A DNA stretch of 62,602 nucleotides, filler included, from Choristocarpus tenellus KU-1152 (taxonomy: Eukaryota > Protista > Phaeophyceae), in assembly GCA_964200185.2 (NCBI GenBank). It is 9 parts of 9 records of this genome, joined end to end, with 100 filler letters (N's around TTAATTAATTAA, not from the genome) between each part and the next. Parts side by side here need not be neighbours in the genome. Positions count along the whole stretch, not along the records: positions 1 to 12,768 come from CAXNAD020001709.1; 8 more parts are not named here. One strand, given 5' to 3'. Positions 1 to 11,720 of this stretch are shown piece by piece (the stretch's first letter is position 1; every line of letters begins with the position of its first letter). The position numbers and the translations under genes are program-made. A model generated the notes under the pieces. That model had not been told where the DNA came from. It made no database searches and saw nothing but the letters and a program-made list of their open reading frames with translations.

Positions 1-612
1 AAAATTGGATCGAGAACACCCTGTGTACAAAAACAATTTCCTCCCTTCCCCCCCCCCCCCCCCCCCCCCTTGCTTTGGTTTCCACAACCACTGCCTCCCA
101 AGGATGGTTCTACCAGTGGTTCAAAGGGATGCATGATGCTTACCGGAGAACGAGCAGTCACTTTTCCCCCCTGCCTACCTATGGTGTCCCAGAGGGAGAG
201 CTCCTTCGCACATTACTTGCTGGTGAGTTCAAGCGTTGATAGCCCTAACCCTAACCCTAACCCTATCTGGTTTATCACTTACTCGTACCTCAGTCTACAT
301 CCCTAACCCTAACCTTTTCAGGTAAAAGTTATGTGATAGGCAGAAGGTGATTGCCTAGTGCTCTGTAGTGCTTTGTAGTTAGTTGCAGAGCGTGTGATTG
401 CCAGAGGGTGGGGGATTTTTTAAAATCATTTTTTTAATCATTTTAGGGTTAGGGGGTGGGTGGCACACTAGTCTCGAGCTGTTGTTGTCTTACCAACCAT
501 GTTGTTTGTATGTATCTCTAATAACTTGGGGTTAGGGTTAGGGTTAGGGTAGTGGAATGACGATGCTGTTGATGGTGTCAATAAAAAAAAAGAGAGTAAA
601 TTATGTCATCAC

Positions 613-672
613 GATACAGTAGTGATACTATGGATTGATACAGCAGTGATACTGTGGATTGATACAGTAGTG
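613..672. repeat. 24-bp minisatellite (gatacagtagtgatactgtggatt) x2.5; a further unit at 1009-1032 on the other side of the NUMT
   Basis: Direct reading of the sequence. Confidence 0.9.
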
Positions 673-674
673 GT

Positions 675-922
675 CATACGAAGACCATCTTGAACCCCAA
701 GAGTACGTTGACCCTCAAAAGAAGCTTCACAAACAATATCTCTCCACCAAGTAAATATCACAAACAAAATTGTCAATACACCAAGAGGCAATAATTTACC
801 ACCACCACTATAATTATGTAAATACATCACTCCACCAAATGCAAGATTTAAAGCACTAAAGGCCAAGGACTCAGATCAACCAGGTGAAAGGGATGGCGTT
901 GACTTGTCGATAAAGATTTCAC
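675..922 (-). pseudogene. cox3: NUMT: 5' part of mitochondrial cox3, frameshifted and truncated
   Basis: Reads VKSLSTSQRHPFHLVDLSPWPL, then after a frameshift FSALNLAFGGVMYLHNYSGGGKLLPLGVLTILFVIFTWWRDIVCEASFEGQRTLGVQDGLRM. Contains the Cox3 motifs HPFHLV.SPWP and WWRD...E...G. Confidence 0.95.
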
Positions 923-948
923 AATATTTTAAAACAACCCTAACCCTA

Positions 949-1006
949 AGAAGAAGGTAGGATTTGAACCTACGATGGAATAACCAACAGATTTACGGTT
1001 TGCCAC
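949..1006 (-). pseudogene. trnY: NUMT: 3' two-thirds of mitochondrial tRNA-Tyr(GUA)
   Basis: Reverse complement gtggcaaaccGTAaatctgttggttattccatcgtaGGTTCAAATCCtaccttcttct shows an anticodon arm with GTA, a long variable arm and a T-loop. The 5' end is missing. It lies directly upstream of cox3 on the same strand. Confidence 0.8.
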
Positions 1007-2767
1007 TTGATACAGTAGTGATACTGTGGATTATAGTATCATGTTATGATAGACAGTGTAATGATAGACAACAATTTTGTGTGTTACATAGTACCAGAAT
1101 GATAATACACAGGGTTTCAAAAATATATATGTTTCAGTAATTGCGTAAAATTATGGTGTAGAGTACAAGACTATCCTATCCTCTTATCCTATCCTATCCT
1201 CTATCCCATCCTATCTTATCCTAAACTGTCCACTTGTTTGTTGGATTGTGGTTGGTTTGAAGGTATATGTGTTCATCATATGTAGGACTATTTGTATGAC
1301 TTGGTTTGACCTCTTCCAAAACCACAAGCATTGGTACTATACAGCCAGAACCTTGCTGATTTGATCATGCTAGAGTGACTGCCCAAGAAATTCTGGTGAT
1401 GTAATCGATAAATTCTGATGATGTAATCGATAAATTCTGATGATGTAATCAACAGCGTAACTGGTCATGCAAGAGTTTTTTTCTGTATGTTGATTAGTCC
1501 ATTGTAGTGGTCACTATTCTCACTTACCTCATTAGCTCCTCATCACAACACCATCAATCAATAACCATCAATCAATAACCATCAGAACGCCACAGTACGT
1601 AGAAAGCATAAGAACAGCCGCTTCCTAGCACATGTGCAGGCATACTGTGTGCCACATCAGTTCCCTCAGACATTGATTCAAGTCTGTCTCATATGCTGTA
1701 TATTTTTTAGTCCTTGATTAAGGTGTAGGTACCCAGCAAGTTGCTATCAACTACCCTTACCCTATGATGCTATTGGCTACTGCATGCAATTGTGTTGCAA
1801 TTGTGTTGCAATTTTGTAGAGAGAGTGTCGATAGGTTTTTCGAGGACCAATTTTGGTAGAAGAGACCTAGAGTGAGTTGAGGAAAAATTTGGCTAGCTGT
1901 GTATTGTTGTGCCCTACGAGTTGTGCAGGAAGGAGCCTTTCGACCTAACCCTAACCTTGAACTGTTTTTTTTTGGGGGGGGAGGGGTCTGTTCTACTGCA
2001 TTAGGGTCCTCAAGACTACTTTTTGTTAAGTTAGGGTTAGAGTTAGGGATAGTACTTTTTTTGTTGTTCGGTGCTTTTATTTTTTGGTGCAAGGTGTAGG
2101 GTTAGGGTTAGGGTTCTTACCATTTGATTCCGTCTTAGTGTTAGGGTTAGGGTATTCAGTAGCACCGTCTATTTTACGTTTGCCGAGTTGTTTTCTGCAA
2201 CCCTAACCCTAACATCACTCCACCCTGTTCAGTTTGCAAGTACTGCAACCTTAACCCTAGGCATTTTGGTTTATTGTGAACAAAACGCTGGTCAGGGAAT
2301 CAATGTAACCTAATGGAAGAGGCAAAAACCTAATGCAGAGGCAAATATGTTACTATGTGGAAGGGAACCGGTGGTCCGGTTTGGGTTGGGACTCTCTGAA
2401 GTTGGTTCCTCTTTTGGTGAAGGATAGAGGGTTAGGGTTAGGGTTAGGGGGCATGCTGGTCTTGCTTCTGACCAATTTTGAAAATAGATGCCCTATCCCT
2501 ATGTATCAGTCAACAAGACATATTTCCTGAATGTTTAATCCTGAGTATCAATAGTACTGGGCACTGAATATTGAGGTTTGATGATCATGACTATTAGTCT
2601 GTACTTTATAATAGCTGCTAGGGTTAGGGTTAAGTGGTACCAATATCTCTATTTTTTTTTCTTTATGAGTCATAATTTGACTAGAGGTACCTTCTTGATA
2701 TGTTTTTCGCACTGCATGTCATAGGGAAACTTCCAAACCCATGAGTGACTTAAGTGGGATCTTGGCT

Positions 2768-3000
2768 GTTCTTGGAAGACTGCTACTGTGGTAACCTGTT
2801 TGTTCTTGAAGACTGCTAATGTGGTGACTAGTTTGTTCTTGAAGACTGCTAATGTGGTAACCAGTTTGTTCTTGAAGACTGCTAATGTGGTAACTAGTTT
2901 GTTCTTGAAGACTGCTAATGTGGTGACTAGTTTGTTCTTGAAGACTGCTAATGTGGTAACTAGTTTGTTCTTGAAGACTGCTAATGTCGTAACTAGTTTG
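2768..3000. repeat. 33-bp minisatellite x7 (gttcttgaagactgctaatgtggtaactagttt)
   Basis: Contiguous near-identical units with no spacers. Explains the 11-aa repeat ORFs on both strands. Confidence 0.95.
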
Positions 3001-4244
3001 TCAGTACTGTTTGTTCGAACCATGATGTGTGCTGTGATTTTGAGGCTTTTATCAGAAGAGGGTGGTGCAGTCTTTGCTATTAGTATGTTTGCACCACAAC
3101 AGTGGTCCAATTGATGATTACTCATGTGCAATATAAATTGTACAAGAGGTCGAAGTCAAACTACTAGTACTTAAAACCCCCTGTTCTTTTCATGATCGCT
3201 AGGGTTAGAGCTTAGGGTTAGGGTTAGTAGGCCACTATTGTCGTATAATTTTGAAAATTTAGTAGGACCATTCTTGTTTTCACCTTAGGGTTAGGGTTAG
3301 GGTTAGGGTTGCAAAATTGAAAGACTGGGGTGTTAGGGTACAGAAGTATTGGCCACCGTTCTGGAGGATTGATGTTGTATCAGGTTTGGTTTCACTTAAG
3401 TTCAAAATCTGGAGAATCAATGTGGAGCTTTCTAATGGCCAACAGTCACATTTCTTGAGCTGGTTCCGGCGTTAGTCCATATTTTTCCCCTATGCTCATT
3501 GGTGATGGGAGTTGGCAAGTTGCACAAATACATGCAGTTGATTGATTCACTCTCCAAAGTTTGAAGATGTGGTTCTGTATTTGAATTCTAGCCCAATTTT
3601 TATCCCTAACCCTGACCTTCCACTTGACGGTTTGAGCGAGTTGTGAGAGAGTCAATAAGACTGCATTTTCTCAGGACGTCAACAACATTGTTTGTATTGG
3701 TAAGACTGTGTTTTGATGAAAAGGTGTGACATGGCTAGGCTGTCCTGTCAATGACTGATCGCGTTTGTTGCAAGCAAGCACAGAGTTTGATACTCTAGTT
3801 GGGGTGAATGTTGATGTATGTTGACGTAATGAACCTCTCTTTGTTCAGCTCTCTTATCCCTAATCCTTAATTCTTACCTTGCCAACAAACATATCGACAG
3901 GTGTGGACATGTATCAAGACAGTTGGTTTCAGTTAGAGGGGGCCAACTGGCAACCCTTCCAACATCCCCTGGACTCCTTTCGGCACGCTGTGAACTATGT
4001 GCAGTACAAGGTTATGGGAGCACAGGTTAGGCCAAACTCCTGTTCCATGCTTTTTTGATGAGTTTTCTTATCCCCTGGTTGGCGGTGATGCTGAGGCTGT
4101 TCCTAAGTGCAGTGACTCACTCCTTCACTGCAATTTTTGAGTAGGGAATGGCTCTTTTGTGGGTGGTATGGGCTGTTGCGTGTTGGACTATGAGGACACA
4201 TTTGGTCACCAAACCACCTTCACAGTAATGATATGAATCGTGTG

Positions 4245-4486
4245 TAATTGTAGTAGGGACACTTGTACTCCCACTCTGTTTGTGTCACTCCTTGCTCGTC
4301 AGACAAATAAAGCCGGTTTTTGGTAAAATTAGTTGTAGGAGAGACACTTGTACTTCCACTCTGTCACTCCTTACAGATCAGGCAAATATAGCCAGTTTTT
4401 GGTAAAATTAATTGTAGTAGAGACACATGTACTTCCACTCTGTTTGTGTCACTCCTTACAGGTCAGACAAATAAAGCCGGTTTTGG
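4245..4486. repeat. About 80-86-bp imperfect tandem repeat x3
   Basis: Three copies of ...gacacttgtacttccactctg...tcactcctt...cagacaaataaagccggttttt. Confidence 0.85.
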
Positions 4487-5299
4487 GGGCATGCCGTCGA
4501 TGAAATCTGGGAAATTTCTTGTTTCTGCAAAAAAAAGAAAAATATATATGTATACATCTATAGGGGGGAAAGTATGGCACACCATTTTTTTTGTTGATGG
4601 TGTGAGGTATACTCGAAATGTAGCACAAACCATTTGTTGCACAAGCATACCATACCATACTCTGAAGTAGAATTGGTCATTGCTTCTCTCATTTTCCCTG
4701 TGTATCTGTTGTCAGGGTGTTGTCCTGTATGTGGAATGTCTTTGTCCGAATATATGTCAAAATACCATTTTCCATTATACTTTTCACTTTGGAGATACTT
4801 TTTACTAGAAATGTTTCAAACGACTTTTATTGATTGTGGAATGCACCCGTTTTATTTGTACACTGTGTAAGGTCTGTTTAAGTAGTCACATTGCTTTATT
4901 AGTAGTGTTTGCTGCCGCTGAACCTTGGCAACTATCGTCTTGCCAGATGAGTTCACTGCAATGTTGGCACTTGAAGTCAGGTTACACTGAATCCATTTGT
5001 CCCTCGCCATAAGAAATGCCATGCCAGCTGAGGGGATATGAAGGTCTGTCTATCTGGCTGCTTACTGTGGCTTGGTTCTCTCTCTCTCGGGGGGGTTCTA
5101 TAATGCCATGGACAAAAAGGTTTTGGCATGCTTGGTGGGGAGTGACTACTCACATGCTGATCTTTGTGAAATGGAATATTTTTTCCCATCGAGGGTACAT
5201 TGTAGTAGACAGTAATTACAATCAAGAACGAGCATTGCAACTGATCAACACTATTCAGAACATTGTTCATCTCAAGGACTGGTACGTTTTACAAGGGTT

Positions 5300-6900
5300 C
5301 ATATCCAGCAACATCAGGCTAAAACCAAGTGATTTGATGACATGCTGATTATTAGGGGTTTCGCAACTGTTCTGGTTGTAGGGTTCTGACAGTCGTTATT
5401 TTGAACCATGTTATAACTTGAGGTTCGATTTGCAACCAACTTTACAGTGCATTGTCCTTGCCAACACACATAGAATGTATGTAGACATTCTATTGTGTAA
5501 ACCCCTTGATTGGTGGGGGGGGACATGTGGGGACTGAGTAATCAGACTCATCTTGTTTGCACTACCATAAAGGTGTGACTGGCGTATTGCAGTTATTGAG
5601 GTCTTGGTCAACCCACTTTCCGTGAGGAATCCGATGATCGCCGCACCCCTGCACTGTTGTTCACCTTTTGGAGGAAAAATTTCAAATCAACTATATGCCC
5701 GAGTCTTCACTTAATAGGGTTTTGACTATCAAGGTTACAAGTCCAAAGAATTACCTGAAATAGTGATATTAGTAGAGCGCCTTGTAGGTTGCAGGATGTT
5801 TTTGCCAAGCAGCATTCCCTCTGACCCAATTTGATCTCAGCACCACAACTCTACAGGAGTAGTGATGGATTGTTTCATCTGTAGTAGAGTAGTAGACCAA
5901 ACATTCTCTCAAGAAGATTCTAAAGTGGTTGTATACAGAACCAAGCCCAGTCAACTAAGTGATAGTCCCTGTACACCCCTCGATGCCCTGCACAGGTTGG
6001 ACCACTTGGGAACTCAGCACACACCGACACTCATCCCATCCGTGCAATGTTTGATGGTTGCATAGGATGAACTGAGACTACTTGCAGTTAGAACGAGATT
6101 TCAATATTTACCTTATAGGGGGCCTGTGTAGGTGGCAGCCAACACCACTTTTGACAAATTGTTAGCACAGTATTTTTAGTCCTATTGTATAGTGCTTTGT
6201 TTCATGTAATTGTGCTTGAATACTGGTGTCAACAGGTGAGAAGGCCTAGAACATCTTCAGAAACAGAACTCTGCTTGGATCAGGGGAATTTACTTCGTCT
6301 ATGAAGTCTGTGGTTTCTTGTATTCATCCACATTGTTTGATACACTCTTTTTGTTGGGATGGTCTGTTCATTAATATCATTTTACGAATGACTAGTTCAA
6401 CCACAGTTCACCTGAACCATCTCATCCATGAAGTCGACTGCAAGGTTGTCTGGAGCAGACATGTATCTCATATGACTCCCTCCAAGGTATCTGCTCAGTT
6501 GCCTGTGGTCTCTCAAGTTCTTCGATTATTGCATCAAATCGATAATCTGTTTGTAGAATACCAGCAGTCAGAGGGCGATGACTGGAACAGTGAGTGCCCC
6601 ATGGCTAACAATCCTTGATTGACAACTCTGTTAAATGTTACTGTTGGTAACCCGGTCTGGTGACACATCAAACGCATCAATGGATCCCTTGTACTTTGGA
6701 GCTTCTTGTGGTATTTTGAATTATGCCACGGTTGAGAGGGTAGGAGTTTCTCCAAGGAAGATAGGCATCCTGCTGGCTCACTGAAGTGTATCACAGGAAA
6801 AGAAGTATAGAAATTATGACAATATATCTCATGATACGCGATGAGCGGTTGTCAGCTTGAATGGACTGGGTATGTTATTGAACTTTCCCCCTTTCCCATA
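5300..6900. mobile_element. Heavily decayed LTR-retroelement (Ty3/Gypsy-like integrase C-terminal) fragments
   Basis: Only weak motif echoes (KLLAQYF.PY.I near 6157, RHVSHM near 6457) among many stops. Confidence 0.3.
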
Positions 6901-7866
6901 GGACCTTGCGGTATTTGATGGTATTGATGAATTTCCATCCCAAGTATGTATCGCCACTGCATTAAATCTTTCTCTATTTTTGATGTGTAATTTTTCTGGT
7001 TTTCTCAAATAAATGTTTCCGATTTTCCGCTCAACTACCTTTCGGCCATAGTCCAGGACCCATCAGACTGTTTTTAAGATAATATTGCAACATACAAGAA
7101 TAATAACAATGCACAAACTAGGCCCGACCAGCAGAGAGAACTGCAACCTCGAAATTATGGCATTGTGACAACTTGCCCTGTGCATGCCTTGGATTCTTCT
7201 CCCATATTGAGTTGTCATCCCACTGCTCATCACTTCGTTCCTACCTGCCTGCCACCACGATGTAGACTTTCTGGGCAATTACTTAGGCATATCGTCTTGA
7301 AGCGATTGAGATCAGCTCTTCTTTCCGTTGGTCACAATTCAACCCGTATATTATCGCACCACCTTCAAGAGTTGCTTGGGTCAGGCGTTGCTCATTTTTT
7401 TGTGAAGATACAGGAAATGTCTATACAGGCAGTCTTCACTTGCTAACTAGATGTAGGGTGTATTGGGTCAGAAAAACGTTTATCACAGTAGTAGTAACAT
7501 ATAGTTAATGACTCATAATATTGTCTTCATTTAGAGTGGTCAGTCATAGGTAGATAGGAGTAACGACAGGATTGACAAATAATATAGTAAGAGTAACAAA
7601 TTGTATTATTCATTAGTATGTCGTTTGTGATGTAGTAGTGCCGTGGAATAATGAATGTAGTGTCATCCAAATATTGTAGTGCTGTACGATAGTATATCAT
7701 GGGGGGTGCGTAGGAAGAATGGAGGTCAAGGAGATGAAATATATCAAGATACTACTACTGGGCAACAAATCAGAATATGTACAAGAATACGTGATTTATC
7801 TTTTATTTCTGGGTGTTTACACAATAGGCATCCAGCCTCACAAGGTTGACCTACTAGGAAGGCAAT

Positions 7867-8060
7867 GAGTCAAAGAAAGCGAGAGGTATCCAGAGTTGCA
7901 TTTTACGGATCTCGGTAAATATGTGTAAAATTCGCCTTTTTTTACAAAGGTGTGTAGAATTTTTCCGAACTATGTAGAATTCTTTCAAACAATAGACAAA
8001 TAAACCCTCTCAAGTCAAACCTAGAACTTCCACGTCAGAATAATATCCTGACAAATGTGT
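7867..8060 (+). mobile_element. MITE family C, truncated copy
   Basis: Begins GAGTCAAAG and is alignable by eye to 42393-42570. Confidence 0.75.
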
Positions 8061-8156
8061 GTTTTTTTTAAATATGCGGCACACTCACTGTTTATTCGTA
8101 AGAATGTCCACATGATCAATCTTCCGCTCCATTCAAGTGCAACACATTCTAGGACG

Positions 8157-8414
8157 GAGTGAAATGATCTTCTAAAGGGGTACGAGTTTTGCCCTATTTT
8201 TCCATTTGGGGCTTGGCTTCCCACGTTTGATGACTTTCCTACTCCAAAATGTTTTGGATTCGGTAAAATATGTATGTTTTGAAAAGGTGTGTCCGTAACA
8301 AGGATATTGACACTTTGTATTAACATCATCGACAAAATTACATCAAAATCGCAACACTGGAGTTTGGCCCCCAAATGGACGCGGCTCTACCCTAACCCTA
8401 AGATACTTTGGCTC
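8157..8414 (+). mobile_element. MITE family A (about 260 bp), right TIR carrying a telomeric unit
   Basis: Homologous to 53052-53312 and 60570-60830. Confidence 0.9.
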
Positions 8415-10679
8415 GTGTGAAAAACCCAAACACCACCCAGGGTCATTCTCCATGAAGAGAATGTTCGCCTGTCAAGGTAGTTAGCATGAGTTCTAATGGA
8501 ATATTACCTTCCTTACTCTCAATATCGCAGGGTTAAGGGTTAGGGTTGACAGAACAAAAAAAATGGGACATCTCTTCCGGGTACGGCCATAGAGATTCAA
8601 GAGGAGAGACAAGTAACTTCATCTAGGAATGGGCTAATCTCCTCAATCCCATTTCATTGTCCATTATCGCCGTTAGTGTTACAGCGTCCTAGTTTTTTAC
8701 GTTAAAGCTGAAAAAAAAACTGTACAGCATGCCCCCATCCTCAGCAAAAAGGTCAAGGAGTCTGACACTTTACTGAAAAACAGCTCAAAAAAAACAAACA
8801 TTGGGTCTCTTGCCAGTGAGTTCGTCTGCTGTAGCAAAAGAAATAAGCAATCAAATCCGAGCTGGATGCACATGCATGTATGCCAACATTTTCTACAAAA
8901 GGGTATCTCTAGTCCTTAGTCCCGAGGAAAAATATTGGTTGCTCCAGTATCTTCTTCCATACACTATTGAACAGAGTAAGTGATAACCTGTGTATAAAAT
9001 ATATGTACAACAACCAAAGTAGAGCACTGAAGAGGGTACATACCCCGAAATATATATCCTCCTGTGGTGTTGATTCACATTCCACTCACTCATAAAAACA
9101 CAAAAACAACTCAAAAAAGTCACAACAGCACCATAAAAATCATTCATTGGAATACGTTCCCACATGCTCTCGAGCATATGATAGACAGAGTCAATCCTGC
9201 CTACACATTGAACAAAATTCAATGAAATGGAGTATGCGCTCAGAACACAAGTCTTCAATAAATCCTACTTATGGTTGTACTGCATACAGGTATATAAGAG
9301 CTCCTATTGACAGGCACATAAAACTTGATGCCCATTGGTAATGCAGATTACACATATTTAGACAAAAATCTGCGTGCCCAATGGAATTTCATACTGCCTA
9401 AACTCCAAATGATCAAACTCCAACGCACCCAACAAATGCGAACAATATGCCCCAAACTACTTTTCATTGAGCAATGTACACTATGTTTTCAGAGTCTAAA
9501 ATACACAACCAGCTTATTCCCTCTACCCTTATAATGCTTGGAATATACATACATCCTAATGATCCTCTCAAGCAGCAGCTCACGAGGATTCTGTGATACC
9601 AATCACAGGGAAAAAATGGGCGAAACTCCCCAATCAAGAAGAACAAGCTGAAAAATCACATGCAGAACCGTCTGCATCACTTCTAGCACAATTTCTCTTG
9701 TGCAACACTGATTCATGACATCCCCAAAAAATTCTGTGCTCAACACTAATTCAATATATCAAAAAAAATGTTTCACCCATGCATGATTCATCCAAAAACT
9801 ACGATAAACCAATAAAACTCCTGTCACCAGTACAAATTAACAAGACAACTTGACTTACCAAAGTGCATACAAAACCCCAACAGTTCACTGCAAAATCCAA
9901 GGCATGACGACCAACACATCGTGGTATCCTAACCCTAACCCTGAAAATACTTAAAACAGCCCAGCCACACAAGGGCCAAGAAGTTCAAGCCCTAGAGTCC
10001 CATTCCTTTTCTTTACTTGCCAGGACAAAGAGAGCAACGAGCTTGGGGTTATAAATGGGTATGGAAATTGCACCCAGACCCCCATGTGTCATACCATGGA
10101 ATAAAATAAATAAATCAAGAGTCAAAAATCGTCTGATGTGACTCCTTTCTACTTGACCTGAAAAGGCCACTGAGCGCTTGGTTGACTCAGAGATAAGAAC
10201 TCTCCAGCAGAGTCATAGACCAGTCCTGCGCTGTCTCCTCACCAAATCATAGCATACATAGTACCCCACAACTACTTCACATCTTTTTTTGACCTAGATC
10301 GGACCAAACTCCTGCCACTAACATTTAGCACTGAGAAAGACCTCTTCATTGCTCCACGAAACTGTAGAAGGATTGGTGGAGAAGAGGGTTACAGTTGGGT
10401 GTTGGTGATGGATTGAGAAGAGAACCCAAGGAAGTAAGTACAATAATCGTCAGGTCCTGCAGCAGAAAGACAATACACTGGCAAGCTACATTACTAATCT
10501 TCTTGAAGATAGGGTCCAAGCAAGTTGAAAAATTCCTGAGGTAGGGAACTGATCCAAAAAGACAAATCTGACCTGCAACATCTGCTTACCTCAAGATGTT
10601 GGCATCAAAATACAACACTTTACTAGCCTTAGGATCATCTTGATGGAAATAAAAATGGCATTTGGGGTCCAAGTGACCA

Positions 10680-11720
10680 AAACGGTAGATGATAATCTGT
10701 TTCAAAAACCTGATATTTTCCCCAAAATTATACCCCAAGTGACAAAATTCCCCATCATCAAGAACAGGCCATACATGGGATCCTTCATACCACCCTAACC
10801 CTAACCTTAGGATATCTCACTCCTGTCCTCAATACCATTTGGAAATGTCCACTGTATCCACCAATACTCTAACCCTAACCCTAACCCTAACCCTAATAAT
10901 ACCACCATCCTCTTCCTCTGCCCTTGCTAAGAGAGTGCCACAAAAACACCAACTGCCCTCACTTCATCATAGCTGATCTCGCCCTTGCCATCTCCCAACT
11001 CAGTTAGAGCCGCATCAACTTCTGCTTGGCTCATATCTGTACCCATTGTGGCTCCGAAATTTTCTGCAGTCAACTGGTGATTCAAGTCGTGATACAGTGA
11101 AACAGTCCAGGGAAAGACTTTAATAAGCACTGCCAAAACAAAATGGTACTTAAAAATAGAGTTGGGGTTAGGGTTCAATGTGCTGCTAACAAAATAAGGA
11201 AAAACTCATCTGATTTTATGTTAATCTATATTGGCATCTCCCACCCTGCTGTGGCGGGGTACTTATGGTCACATCACTCCTAATGATAGGGGTAGGGATA
11301 AGGCCAAAGTTAGGATTGGAATCACATCAGGAATCTCCACCATTGGAGTCAAGCTTTGAGCCAATAGGAACAAAGGGTTATGGTTAGGGTTTAACCCTAA
11401 CCCTAATGTTCAGTGCACAAGAGAAGAGGTTTTCTCAGACCCATTGATTCTGAGCACTAATGCTGAGCATGTAGCAAAGGACCAAGGTGTCCATGAGTAT
11501 CATGCCTATTCCATGCCATAACTCACATTGTGACAATCAGAGCACATACATTAGAGCTCCCAAGTACAAGATAACAAGAACCATAGTGTCCAAAAATCTC
11601 AGGACCTGTCAAAAATTGTATTACTAACTGTACTATTACTAATGCACATGTGACAAACAAAAACCAGCACAAAGGCCGACACTTGAGATTGTTACAAAGG
11701 ACATAGGAGTCCATGCGTGT
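10680..11720 (+). mobile_element. Decayed Ty1/Copia RT-RNaseH relic
   Basis: Colinear degenerate motifs: VDDNL (10686), YMG (10771), MLIYIGISHPAVA (about 11218, cf. LMYL..TRPDIA), STIG (11336), LSTNAEHVA (11450, cf. LSTxEAEYVA), CDNQST (11529). Confidence 0.55.

Noticed and set aside
609-1006. Functional nuclear cox3 or tRNA-Tyr
   Set aside because: The cox3 piece is frameshifted and truncated, conserved residues are substituted, and the tRNA 5' end is missing.
2768-3000. CRISPR-like array of 33-bp repeats
   Set aside because: Units are contiguous with no unique spacers; the context is eukaryotic and there are no cas genes.
8021-8374. Recurrent ORF MGAKLQCCDFDVIL (also 60561-60794)
   Set aside because: It is a chance reading frame through the non-coding MITE family A.
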